Source: Halocafeteria seosinensis
Lineage: Eukaryota
DNA length: 64,000 bases
Reading direction: 5' to 3'
NCBI GenBank assembly: GCA_001687465.1
Contig: LVLI01000320.1
Span: 1 to 64,000 of the forward strand
The notes below the pieces were generated by a model. The model searched no databases and was not told the origin of the DNA. It saw only the letters and a program-made list of their open reading frames with translations. Shown here in pieces: positions 10,590 to 23,088 of the stretch (positions are counted from its first letter, which is position 1; every line of letters starts with the position of its first letter). Made by a program: the position numbers and the translations under genes.

Positions 10590-13500
10590 TCAACTGATGC
10601 CATTGGGGCGCTCTTCGGTATTAATACCATTGGAAAGCTCTAACAGTCTCTGGACTTGTTTCAAGCATTTTCTTCGAACAAGGGGGAAAGTCCGTTCGTC
10701 AATGCACGCATATAGTATGTCAGTGAGAGCCCAATCAGTATCAAGGAAAAAGTCACTAATATCGGATTGAGAAGGGATCGCAGGTAATGTTTCACTTCGT
10801 TCCCTCCAGTCTTTCTGCTCGGCAGTGGCACCACCAGAGGCAGTCAACGGGTTTTGTCGCTGCTTGCCTTTCAGGAAATTTTCTACGAGTTTAGTTGATT
10901 GGCCTTCATTCAGGAAATAGGGATTCATCCTACAATTGAGAGCAGAGTAGCCATGCACAGTTTTTATACTCTCAACCGATCGTAATAACGGTGATACGGA
11001 ATTATAGACTGCCTCAGATGCGATAAGGCTAATATCCCACCACATTCTCAAAGCGGCATCATGATAGGCATTGTTAACGACCTTTTCCAAGGCCCGTAGC
11101 CCATGCGAAGTGTCCTCTTCATCCTGCAGTATCAAGTTGTTATGTAAATGACAGGTTTGCAATTTGCCAAATTAACTGCGTACCCCGATCTCTTGCAGCA
11201 GCTTGGACAGTGCGGAGAGCGCTATTTGTTGGATACTTGTTTCCAAAATAGTTTCTATTTCCCAGAGTGAGATTCCCTGCCATGATAATGAAGACATTGT
11301 ACATTTGTATGTGGTTGATTTTTGGGTAGGACACCTACATACCTGAAGTTGCTCCAGCAAATCTGGAAGAGGTAACGGCATCTCGTGGAGCACCTCTAGT
11401 GCTTCAGACTTCACATCGGCTTGCCTATAAGGTTCGTCCAAGTCAATAATTTCTCCTCTCGTAAAATAGCGAATCTGCACAAGTGTTACTAATCCTGCTG
11501 TTGGTCGTCGCTGCTCAGTCTATCGATAGCAACCTACGAATCTAAATACGTCTTGGAAGTCCCCCTGTTTGCAACAAATTTCTCTTTCAAACAATCTGAC
11601 TGATTCATCCGTCAGTTTGCTATAGACAATGGCCAAACTACGTCGACTAAACGCTTTTATGGCTTCACACAGAGTCTGTACACAGAAGAGCAAATCTTTT
11701 TATGTGCTCAGTTGTGTGACAGAATTTGGTGCCATCGTACCATGTATACGGGGATTCTCAAAGCTTTCGCGATGTTCGGAACAATCGAGTCCAGGGACCT
11801 GTTCATCGACCCTTTGAGGTTCTGTAGTACACTAATCCTGTGTCCCGACGATGGACAGGTACAGCTCCATACGATGCAACTTACATCCCTGATTAGGTTC
11901 GAAATGTAGCCATATAACTTCTTCTGGCGAAAGCAAATATACGTTAAGTTCTTTTGACAGAGGTCCTGAAGGATCCGTTGAGAATACGATGCGAAATGTG
12001 AAACTTCTGTCCATCTAGACCTGATCTGCTTCCCTGCAATCTGAAAAACAGTGGCGATGATGCCCTTCTTAGTCTCTCCGTCTTCGTCCGTAACCGCCAC
12101 TTGGTCAAGTAGTGGGGCCAAAAGACCCCTCTCAAGCCTGTTCAGTTGGGAGAGACATCGTCAGGACAAGAAATTAGATACGCAAGCAGTCATACTTCTT
12201 ACTTTTCCACAGCCAACAAGATCAGTTGCTCCTCTTCATGTCGGTCAATCGTATAATAACCCCAAAACCCAAAATTATTACGAACCCTCCAGTAACTGTC
12301 CAAAAACGCAGAAGCAAGCGAATCTTCCGATACTAGTCCCGGCCGCGCCCGAGCACAAGCATACTGAATGAGAGGACACACATAGCATCTCAATGGAAAC
12401 ATTTATACAAGGAGTAGGAGACTACGTACCGCCAGAACCCCATACCAAACATGCATCTCTTTGCTTGTGTTGCACTTTAGATACCAGGTTCTCCTATGAT
12501 AGCGATCACAAAGGGAAAGACAGTTGCTTCCGTATTTTAGAATTTCATTTTCAGAGTTCAGTATTCTCACACTATAACCACAAGGACAAATGCATCCCTT
12601 GCATTTCGTTGGGTTCATCTGCGAGTGGAATGAGTTCAAGTTCGGTATCTATAATCAAGCTCTACACAAAGCTCCTTACCCCATGGGACTCATCTTCGAA
12701 ATAATAAATTGTGTAGTTTTCTTGCTGATTCAAAGCGATAAAAAACCGATATTTCCAGTTTTCTTTTTTATACCCAAGTTTCTTCATCCACCCACGACAA
12801 AGTTCTCTAGCTAACGGCTGAGTGTCCGTAAATCTCAGTCCAGGAGTGGGAGGTTTTTCTATGGAGGACCACCGCGAAGTATGTAGTTGCCGGCGATTTT
12901 CTCGATATACGGTATCATTGAGGTAGCTATAAACCTGGTCTTTCGTCATCTGTCCTGACGAATGGCGATCACTGGCTGTGCTCACCGCCGTGTCCTGGGT
13001 GTCGCGATGGGCAGTTGTACTCTTTCTTACCGAAGGAGAGTAGTTGGCTGTGATGTCGCTAATGTTTCTGGCAGAGGGAGGAGGGGGTGGTGGATGTTTT
13101 CCACTGATATCACCCGGAGTTCTTGTTGACTTCCTACTGGTTATGCTCGATTGCTTATCGTCCGCCGCGGTGTCGCCGGATGAGTCGTCCGACAGATCTC
13201 CACCACTATCTGCCGAGATTCTGTGTTGCTGTTGTTTGAGAGATGACCTGGGATCCTTTCCTCCCGCCTTTCCATCGCCACTAACGAGAGATTTTTTAGA
13301 GGCACCCCAGTATTGAGAACGCCTCTCGCCCCATACAGTGTACACAGCTCGATTTAGCAACGCATCGAACGATTCCACTTCGTCATGGTGTGAGGCTTGG
13401 CTCGCCGAAGTTGATGAGCTTTCCTGTTCCGCCCTCCTTTCGCTCAAGGCATGCTCAAGAACCTCTTGGAGAATTTGCTGTCCAAAAGCCTTATAGAAAA

Positions 13501-13594
13501 CAGGCTTGAAGGTGTCAAATACACTTCGAGCGCTATCTGCAATATGTGAAGGCGGCACAGTCTCGTTGCTCAATTTCACTTGGCTGTTACCCAT
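10590..13594 (-). CDS. Niban/FAM129-like N-myristoylated PH-domain protein, multi-exon
   Basis: MGNSQ start. PH motifs CRGWMKKLGYKKENWKYRFFIAL and RRTWYLKCNTSKEMHVWYGVL. Post-PH segment ASAFLDSYWRVRNNFGFWGYYTIDRHEEEQL resembles FAM129. Helical C-terminal region. Confidence 0.75.
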
Positions 13595-14411
13595 TGTATA
13601 CTGCCTCCACGAAGTGTAAAAGACGGCAAGTCACACCATGGATGATTTCAAGCATATGAACTATGCTGCAGGTGGGACAGTACTCGACAAACCATCGTTT
13701 AAGCACTTTTAGTTTGGCATCCAGGAAGCGAACAAATGTTTGTCCCTTTCCAGGGCCAGTGACTGCCAGTCAGCCTGAAGCAGTTCAAGACCACGGCAAA
13801 ATACAGGCGCACCCACACTCGATACACGTCGGTCTACCAATTGGAGAAAGGAATAGTATGCTAAAGCTCTTGTACAGGTGTAGTCTTCGGAAATCGTACA
13901 TTAATTACTGCGAACCTGTTTATGTGTTAAGTGGTTGTCCCATCTCTGGAATCCGGAATTCAGTCCAGGATCAATCAGCAAGACCTTGACGGCAAACTTT
14001 TTCAACTAACGGGTTTTCTTCTACTGATAGTTTTCGTTTCACGTGGGATCTGCGATCCATCAAGACTACTCGAAGAATCTTAAGTTCGGGTCATCAAGCC
14101 ACTACTCGCGAGTCGTGAGTCGCCAGTCGCGACCTGCTAAACGAGTCCAGGAAAGTTCAACCGATCAACGACGATCCCAAGCCAAAGTCTTGGAGCCGGA
14201 TGCGAGTTTTCCTTCGGCGAGTTTATAGGTGCCACACGAGTTGTTAAGTACGAACCCAGTAGGCTGCCTATACACTACCCCTTGAATTGCTTGCTGGTGG
14301 CGCCCAACACAAAAGAAGATCTAGCGAACATATAGGGAATAGTCCCCACAAGAGGTGGAGCTACAAACGCTTATACACATTCTTGACGGAATTAATATTC
14401 TACAACCTGGA

Positions 14412-15577
14412 ATGAAGCAACCGCGTAGGAGCTCATATCGCAAAGGGAAAACGAGGAAACAACAAGGAGGGCAATATGTCACGCTGTTCGACATGTGAGT
14501 GGAGTGCGCGCAGCTGTTTCGGAACAAGGAACCGATCATCCCGCTATACAACCTTCCTATGCGCATTTTGCTTTGCCGCAGATGCAAGTCGTTCTTTGGC
14601 CAACAAAAGGAGTGCGCGTCCAGACAACCCTTGCTCACGGTATGGGTCGTCGTCAAGCAGGAGCAACATGACCAACGTCTTCGGACTTATGGTACTGGGT
14701 GCAGACTGCTGTGTGGCTTTGCGCTCTTGTGATTTTTTTCACATTTGTCTCCTTCGTGGCTCCGTGGGTTGAGGGATCAAACACGGAACTGTATCTCTTT
14801 CGAGGATCTTACTGCGGAGATAAGAGCTTCATTCGTTCCCTTACGGGAGGAATCGACTCCCGGCTGAGCAGTGGACTCTCTTTCGACAATGCATGCTTAG
14901 AGTTAAAACTGAATGAACTAGGAGGCGATAAGAAGGATGGCGGGGCGGCAGCCTTCGCCTTTATATTTATAGCGTTCTTGGCTTTGCCAATTCTACAATA
15001 CGTGCGTTGCTGATCAATCCTTCCGACAGAAGAAACACCATGTCTATAACGTATGCATTCGGTCGCAGTTTTTGTACAGGCGGCAAACAGAAGGTCCTGC
15101 CCCGCAAACTCTCTTGGGAATTTACGCGTAAGGTGACTCGGAGACAGTAATTATTAAGCTGAACTACTGGACGCGTGGTTGAACGCAGAAAGTTGCCACT
15201 AAGTATCTATTCACTCACTTGCTCGATGCTTTTCATGTTAGCCTTTGCCATCTATGTTGATGTGGTTGACGTGTCGAGTGATGGCAACTTCAGTAAGTAC
15301 CACTGGCTGTGAGAGTCTCAGCTCGATGCACGTCACCGACTGGACTACAACTGCAGGCTTCGGGGTAGCAGGAACAATCCTGAATTTTATTTTCCTCATC
15401 ATCATAGCTGCTATCATTTACGTAAAGTGGGACGAAGCAGGCACGGAGGAGCATACGGAGACAACAACAGAGACTGTTAATCCAGTTCACCAGCGCCAAT
15501 CAAATGGTATTGCGCCGGCTGATAATAGTTCGCTCTTTTTCCCACCCGAATCGAGCGATGAAGAAGAGGAAGCATAG
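14412..15577 (+). CDS. Four-TM claudin/amastin-like membrane protein, tandem paralogue 1 (6 exons)
   Basis: MKQPRR...QYVTLFDI|CKSFFGQQKEC...|TAVWLCALVIFFTFVSFVAPW...KDGGAAAFAF...|FLYRRQTEGP...|KLPLSIY...|FGVAGTILNF...KWDE...EEEEA*. Confidence 0.85.
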
Positions 15578-16350
15578 TTCTTATCACTGAGTGTGGTTGC
15601 ATTATGTTTGCCTCTCGCCAGTCATTAAGTTGACTCACGACAGTGTTGCAATACTGTACCCCCCCCCCCCCAACAGAAATGGCTCTTCATGGTACAGGAT
15701 CGCGCACAAACGCATTATCATTTCACATTTGTCTGCTTCCGGTGCACTATCAAATCGAGATGTGCTATTGGTATGCAACGAGTTACTGATAGTGTGGGTG
15801 AAGCCTTAAAGTCTTAATTCCTGTGTATCGGTTTGTAAGAGTGTGTAACTCCGAGCTAAGAACATAACAAAGTCATTGGATCTCACAATAGCTTCATTAG
15901 CTGATTTTCAGATATTCTTGAACTGCTATTTTTGCACTTTTGAACGGAGAGTACAGTAGGTACGGAAATTGTAACATTGTGTGTTCGACCTCCTGCGCTT
16001 CAAGCGTGAACTTCACTCGCCGTAATTCCAAGAAGTTGAAGAAGACCGGTGAATCAACAACACTGTCACTTCAAGTTGTCTTCAACCCCCATAACCGCCT
16101 TTTCACCCGTATCGCTCATTCCTCATACCTTGAACCACAGGGGTTTGCTAAATCAGGATCAACAAAGACAGCGCCTAATTTCTGTTCTGTTGCCTGCACA
16201 CCAGCATTTTCGTCGCACGATCCAAGTTTTCGGTCGCAGACTGCTCACGCTAACGTGTACGCGGTAAAACAGAAACCGCTCATTATTACGATTTTCTCAC
16301 GCATCGCGCAGTATTTTTCCATAACTTAACATCGTGTAGGCAAATTGAAA

Positions 16351-17626
16351 ATGATGCCCTCAGAGGAGAACAGTCAAGACGAAATACCTGGGCGTAGACC
16401 ATCGAGAGCGGCAAGTCATCACGACGAACAAGACCCGGGCCAAAACAGCCAGCACGAAGGGACGAAGCAGGAACACGAAGTCTATGTCACACTGATGGAC
16501 AGGTTAGTTTGTTCAATTCTCGCCATACCGATTTCATGGACATCTTGCAAAATCCGTTGGAAGACGCAGAGTGAAAACTTTCTGCTCCCAGCAAGGGAGG
16601 TGCTTCTCTGAGAGACCAGCAATGTCGGTAAGTGCTGCAATGGAACCGCATTGACAAGAGTTACGGACACTACCTGACATGAGCACAAATCGCAGGTAGC
16701 TGTGTGGATGTGTGCAATCGTCAACTTCTTTGCATTCGTGTGCTTCCTTTCTCCATGGCACGAGTTTACTATTTCGTCGATGACGGTATTCCACCACCTC
16801 TTCCGTCGCAAATGTTGTGGGGGAGACGATATCTCATTGTCAGATTGTCAGACTGTGGACTTAGGTGACAGTGGAAGCTCTCGCAGAAGATTAGACCAAA
16901 ATGATTTTGATCGAGCATGTATTGACATTGACCTAAAGGGGTTTGAGAATCAAGGTGATGCTAAAGACGCTGGAGCCGCTGCATTCTTTTTCCTTTTGGT
17001 GTCTTTCTTGATGACACCAGTGCTTCAATATGTAAGCGCTATTTGCTCCTGTTTTGTCCGCGCACTGGTGTTCCACTTCTACCTTGGCGCACAGTTCTTG
17101 TATCGACGACAAGTCAACGGACCCGAACCTCACACACTATCGGGACTGTATTCGTACGTGAGTCACGTCACCGCGCAGCATGTTTACTGTAGAACCTGGT
17201 AGCGGAGAACGAATCGTATCTCGATGCTTCTCACTTTACAGTAAAGTCCCGCTGATGGTCTACTCCGTCGTCTGCTCGTTATTATTCATGCTATCGTTCT
17301 CCATTTACGTGGGTGTTCTCGACCCATCTGGCGGAGACTTCAGTAAGTGCTTGGAATATTGTCATATCGGTAGTATCCCCGAGACTTGTTGCATGACTTC
17401 AGGCTTCGGTGTTGCGGGAACCATCATTAACTTCTTGTTTCTCATTGTCATAGCATTGATTATCTTATTCAAATGGGATGAGGGAGAACAACTGGCTGGA
17501 GAGCAGACCGAGAATCCAGTTTACAAGAGCTACCCTCGCGGAAGTCAATTCAGTGGCCAGCCACCATCGGAACGCTCTGCAGAAGACTCTTCCACTACAG
17601 AAAACGAGCAGCAGCAGGAAGCATAA
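16351..17626 (+). CDS. Four-TM claudin/amastin-like membrane protein, tandem paralogue 2 (6 exons)
   Basis: ...VYVTLMDR|VKTFCSQQGRC...|VAVWMCAIVNFFAFVCFLSPW...KDAGAAAFFF...|FLYRRQVNGP...|KVPLMVY...|FGVAGTIINF...KWDE...NPVY...QQQEA*. Confidence 0.85.
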
Positions 17627-18267
17627 TCATTCATTGACTTTCGACTTCTGCTTGTTTCGCGTCCACTGTCCGCTGATCCAGAGCAGGGGTTTTAAACTTG
17701 AGGTACTTCAGACCAAAAAAATGAGGACAACTTCAATAGCCATACGAATACTTTTCCTTCCTTTCCGTTGTTATACTACTAGTCTACTACCAAGGTAATA
17801 TGGTCGAGGGCTCAAGGCGCCTGGCGGCCAGGCTGTCGCCGAGCCTGTCGGGCTACCAGAGGTAACCAGACTGTAGTACAAGTTCCGTAGTTGAACTTCA
17901 AGTGGACAGCTTGGACAAGACTGTTCTCCACGAAACATAGCATTGCTGGAAAGTTTCCATCGCCCTACGACTTGTAGCTTGCTTTGCGTCATTTTAAAAA
18001 TTTTGGTTGATGCAATATCCAGTGTTCAATCGTTGTCACCTGCACCATTGATCCGACAACGGCCAAACGGTTGAACAAGACAGAAGTGTTCACTCTGTCG
18101 TTGTTTTAGATGAAAACAGAGCGCATACAGGATTGTGTAGGAGTATTCCACGCTTTCTTGCTCTCTTCTTTTGTCTAAAAACAACAGGCAACATCGTGAA
18201 AACCCGTCCGCCCCGGTCATCACTCAACCCATTGTTTTTGGCGCAACCTCGAGATCCGGACGAAGCA

Positions 18268-19554
18268 ATGGAGATGCCTGATGAAACACCTCGTTGTAGC
18301 TCATGTGACGCCAAACTCGCCAGCGAAGATGAGTTTTGTAAGCAATGTGGCGCAAAGGGCCGTCCCCGGAGACGAGAAATCGGAGACGATAACTCCCAAT
18401 CAAGCGATGCTGGCCAGTTCTGCTCGAAGTAAGGCTTGCTATCTTGCATCTCCATTTCCAGGTTCTCAATGATCAGCGTACATTTCCCGTGTATACAGTA
18501 CACGACGTTTCCTTTCGCGGCAAAGAGAACTGGTATCATCGAAACCGTTTCTTACAGTGAGTACACTCAAGTGTACCGGATACTACCATTGGTAGCAAGC
18601 TTTGGCACGATTTCTCTCCAATATGCAGGTATACGTCTGGGTATCCTCATTAATCCAGTTTTTTACGTTTGTCTCTTTTATGGCTTCCTGGCTCATCGTT
18701 GACGGGAATGCTTTCGCCCGTGGCGGGGACCTGGGCTGCAGTGACTCGGGAACTTCTAGTGCCTACCTGTTCCGGGTAGAGACCTGCTGCGACTTACAAT
18801 TCCAATCTAAAGGATGCTTAAGCGTCAATTTGGCTGTCCTCAAGAACGACGATTTCAAACTCAAGGATGCCGGAGCGGCAGCATTCTTTTTCATATTCGT
18901 TAGTTTTCTATTGACACCGGTATTGATAAATGTAAGTAGACTGTGCACAAGTTTTTAGAGCGCAGTGTCATTTTACTCTTTTGTTCCACAGGTGGCTTAC
19001 AAAAAGCAGACAGACTCCACTAACACCCTCATCGGCGCTGTGCAGTGCCTAGACTCGTAAGCATCTATGAATCGCGAGTGATACTAAAAAGTGCAAGCAG
19101 TCTTGATATCCTCCCCGTATGCAGTAGAGTGCCAATGATGATACTCACCTTGACAAATTGTTTGTTGTTCATGATGGCATTTTCTATTTATGTTGGGGTC
19201 GTCAATGATAATGAACCGGATGGTTTCAATGAGGACATGCATTTTGGTAAGAGGCTGGCGGATCAGCTGGTACTGCGTACATATACTGCAGCAGCTCCGA
19301 TTTCGTGTTCCGCAGGATTTGGTGTAGCTGCGTCTATAATAGGCTTCATAGTGTTTCTGGCATTTACGGCTGGAGTGTGGTTTCGATGGGACATTGAGGG
19401 GTTTGGTGACCAAGGTAGCGGTGAGGTTAAGGCAAACCCCATGAACAACGCGATGCCGCCGCCATACGGCGAAACAGGAAACGGCCACAACGAGGAAAAA
19501 GCTGCAAGGGAGTCAAATGCTGATTCTTTCGTAGGTGCCGAAGAAGAAGCATAA
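18268..19554 (+). CDS. Four-TM claudin/amastin-like membrane protein with N-terminal zinc ribbon, tandem paralogue 3 (6 exons)
   Basis: MEMPDETPRCSSCDAKLASEDEFCKQCG...|TRRFLSRQRE...|VYVWVSSLIQFFTFVSFMASW...KDAGAAAFFF...|...|RVPMMIL...|FGVAASIIGF...RWD...EEEA*. Confidence 0.85.
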
Positions 19555-20171
19555 CGTAATGTAATACTGCGTCCGTAAGTTGTACCGTGCGAGGGAACTA
19601 CCAAGGGAAGAGTGTAATGTAAGGAACATTGCAATATATTTTCTGCCTTTTCTCCCTGCTCGAGTTCAACAGTATCAATATCACGACTAGAGGTTGCTCA
19701 TCAATGAGGGAAAACTCTCCAAAATGATGCTGCGCCGACAATGACATAATACACATATCTTTTTTCGACTGGTACCTCCTACACGGAAGGTTGATTGATT
19801 CTACGTAAGCAGTTTCAGTACCTGGAACAGTACTCGTAGTTGTCAGAAGCTTTTATTTCCATGAGGCATGTAAAAAAATAAAAAAAATAAAAAAACACTT
19901 GACAGCTGTTTTGTTTCGGCACGTGGGTGCTTAGACTCCTTGGAAGCAATGAGGCCACTTCTGTAGTTTCAGGAGACGTGTGAAGGTGAGCCAAGGATTC
20001 AGACTGATCAGTCTGTCATGAATGAGGCTGTCAGTCTTTCGAATCTCAATGAGTCGTAAAGCCTCAGAATGGTTGTGCAAAGGAGGAACCTCCGTGAAAC
20101 ACTGATCAAGTTACTCGTGGCGAGAGATGTCTGCTTTGCATAATTGAAGAAAGTGTGTACAAAGCGTGAAT

Positions 20172-20725
20172 ATGAAGGCTTCTCAGCTTCTGACGAAGAG
20201 AAATACTGCAACCAAAGGACTCCGATGTTTAAATACAGTATGCGCTCCCAGGGATTTTCAATCTCGCACTTTGATAAGTAGAAGCAGGTGCTCTTTATGG
20301 ACATCCCGGCAGCTGGAGCCACCGCCGAATAAGACACCCTCCTTGGGGATTGGCAGCTTTCAAGCTGCTTTTCTTACAACAGGGCAAAGCAATGAGGATG
20401 GAAAGCATAGCGATCGATCATCCGGTAATGAATCTGGTAAGAAACATGAACAGGATCCCAAGAACGGCGGTGGTGATGATGAGGGACAGCATACTCAGAG
20501 TGAGGAGAAGCTTAAAGGATCACAAGTTGAATTTTATTCTGGAATCGTCGGTAAGGAAGAGACATGATACCAATCAGTGTATTCTACTGCATGTTGAGTA
20601 TTCTTATGATCATTCCTTTTGTTTACCCGATTAATGACACAGGAATGCTCGTCCTCACAGCAGCGCTTGTGGATTACTACACTCGCAAACATGAGCGTGT
20701 TCCGGGCGACGAGCGCTCTCACTGA
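20172..20725 (+). CDS. Small putative mitochondrial single-pass membrane protein, 2 exons
   Basis: R/K/S/T/L-rich, acid-poor N-terminus (MKASQLLTKRNTATKGLRCL). Intron 20551-20642 joins FYSGIV|GMLVLTAALVDYY into one TM segment. Confidence 0.6.
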
Positions 20726-21542
20726 TTCTAGACGTGGAAACGGAGAGACATGCTGTTTTCCCTCATGGCTTGTAGTCTCTTCTTGGACTCCAGTTTGGTC
20801 CTCGTAAGTGTCGCAGCGGTTGGTTTGCTAAGCTGAAACTTTGCTCCCCAGAGGATACATTGAACCTGAGGTCCTGAGGACGTCGCGATTCACGGTAACT
20901 TTTGTGACGAAGAACCTGGTCAAGAGTGAGGTTATCGGAATAGATTTACCCGTTGGTAAACCTAAGTATTCTCATTGTCGTCAGCTCTAGTATTGCAACG
21001 TTGTTCAATGTAGACTCGTCTGGTATGGACTCACTTGCAAATCGAATAGTGGGACGCGCAAATCCGCCATCCGTCGGGTGTAGCATGTATGGCTACAGCC
21101 AAACGTTACGTTTTGAAACGTAGCGTTCCGGTACCTCCTGCGATGCCAGCTTGGCCACTTTAATCGATACCCATTCCAAGTAGCTTCACAGTGCATTGGA
21201 TGATCGGAGGACGTTCCAACGTAGCTGTGACGCTGTTGCGCTTTCTGTAGTTTGCATGCTTCCTCGAGTAGCGACGTACGTAGGGATGCGTTGCTTGTTA
21301 CTTCCTCGTGCTACGACTAGTCTGCGACGAAGCAAGTTGCTTCAAGCAATGCCATCGTCATGTGAAGTTGATCGTTGAGCTTGTTCTGACTGCGGAGATA
21401 ACGAGCGGATGTGAGAGGTATGTTGTGTGTATATGGGAATGTAGATCGACCGAACGTGAAAACTCAACATTATATCAACTTGCTAACACCTCTCATAGTG
21501 GGCAGAAAGGGGAAAGGAGCAGTCACTTTAATACCGCGAGAA

Positions 21543-22620
21543 ATGGCTCAGCCAGAGCAGCCTAAAGGGGCAGGGGAGTTAGTGCCCGTGGGCCCGAATA
21601 TATGGATTGTAAAGAAGTTATTTGCTCTCGGTAAAGGAGAGACTTCGGGCCTCACAGAGGAGCTATTGAAGAAGCGTTTGTTGGAAGGGTATGCGAACAA
21701 GTCATGGGTAACAGAGGTAAGCACGCGCATGACGTCCCCGGGATGAGTCACTGACACGGTAGTTGCTATCTTTTCGTGCCCATTATACAGGAAGATGAAG
21801 AATCCACACCAAGTCAGATACAGGAGGAAAAAAAGAATGTGGAAGCTATCCGCAAAGGAGAGAATGTAGATCTGCCTCTGGATACGACTATGACAGTGAT
21901 CCGCTCCTCGGATACCAAGAGAGTCTTGCTTCACTCTTGTGTTGCTTATGATGAAAACCTTGCTGAACAAGTAGATGATCTAGGACATGTCACCGGGATA
22001 ATTGCCCCGAACTTGCAACATTGGGTCTTTCTTAAGGAATGGGCGAAACGGTTTCCAGATGCAATTGTCTATCACTCACCTGCAGCTTTGGGTGAGTCCC
22101 TGCCGAAGAAACTCGATCAATACGTACAATCAGAGAGACTGCAGAACTTACAAAAATGTGATAATGTGGATCGAAATTTGCAACACTGTCTCTTAGAGGG
22201 CGCGCCTTTGATGCTAAATGAAACGCTGTTTTTCCACAAGCCTTCGGAAACGTTGATTGCGTCAGACGCCTTTTATGGTGGGTACCAAGCCGACGACCCT
22301 TTCTTGACATGGTTTTCCCGTATTTGGTTCAAGATCACGAAGGGCAGCTGGAGAAGCGAAAAACTCCCTATATATAGAACTTCGAGAGTGAAGTCCCATG
22401 GAGACTCCGAGGTATGCCTTCCTCCTTCATTTGTACTTGCATTTTCATCTATACCACATCGATACACATGCAGCAACTCGTTAGATGCGTTCAAGATATT
22501 ATCGATCAATGGGAATTTAAACAAATCGTCTTTGCACATGGGACCAACCCGTTTAATTCTGATCCTAGAAAGAAGTTTATAGAAGCTTGGGTCGCGGGAG
22601 TAGGCTGTGACGAGGCGTAA
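21543..22620 (+). CDS. DUF4336-family (metallo-beta-lactamase-like) protein, 3 exons
   Basis: TTMTVIRSS...LLHSCVAYD...LGHVTGIIAPNLQHWVFLKEWAKRFPDA, NETLFFHKPSETLIASDAF, WEFKQIVFAHG. Confidence 0.85.
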
Positions 22621-23088
22621 TCCTTATGGAGCTTCAAAATTGTGTCAGAGGCGGTAATGGAGCCACATTACAGTGGTATAGCTCGGATCTTTCCAACGGG
22701 TGTGTTAGTATTCTCCTCCCTAAAGTAAACCACTTGAGTTGCGAGAGTACCAGGATAACTTATGTGGTTCCTTTAGAACGCGATAATCCTGTGCATACCT
22801 GTAGGAGCTGCATACAGTTGCATCTGTATGCTGTACATGAGAACGAACTCAGGTCTAGCATTCAAAGCTCCATACAGAAAGCCTACGAAATCAAAGGATA
22901 ACTGGCACACGATGGATGAGAATTACCTGGAGAAATGAAACAACAGGGACGCAGAGTATGCAAAGCCGATAAAGCAACCCACCGAATTCCGACATCCGTA
23001 CGTTCGGTCTGGCATTTTATAATGCGGTGTACAGTATCGCTGACTATGATTACTTGCCATGCCGGTTGAACTTCTTCGGCGGGAGCAA

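Noticed and set aside
17343..17402. Stop-free, frame-preserving last introns in tetraspan copies 2 (60 nt) and 3 (69 nt) as possible retained introns
   Set aside because: The homologous intron in copy 1 is 64 nt, so frame preservation is not conserved; likely chance.
19747..19759. 13-nt match (taatacacatatc) to the left end of the 23.1-kb element
   Set aside because: Exact 13-mer repeats are expected by chance in 64 kb; no partner end found.
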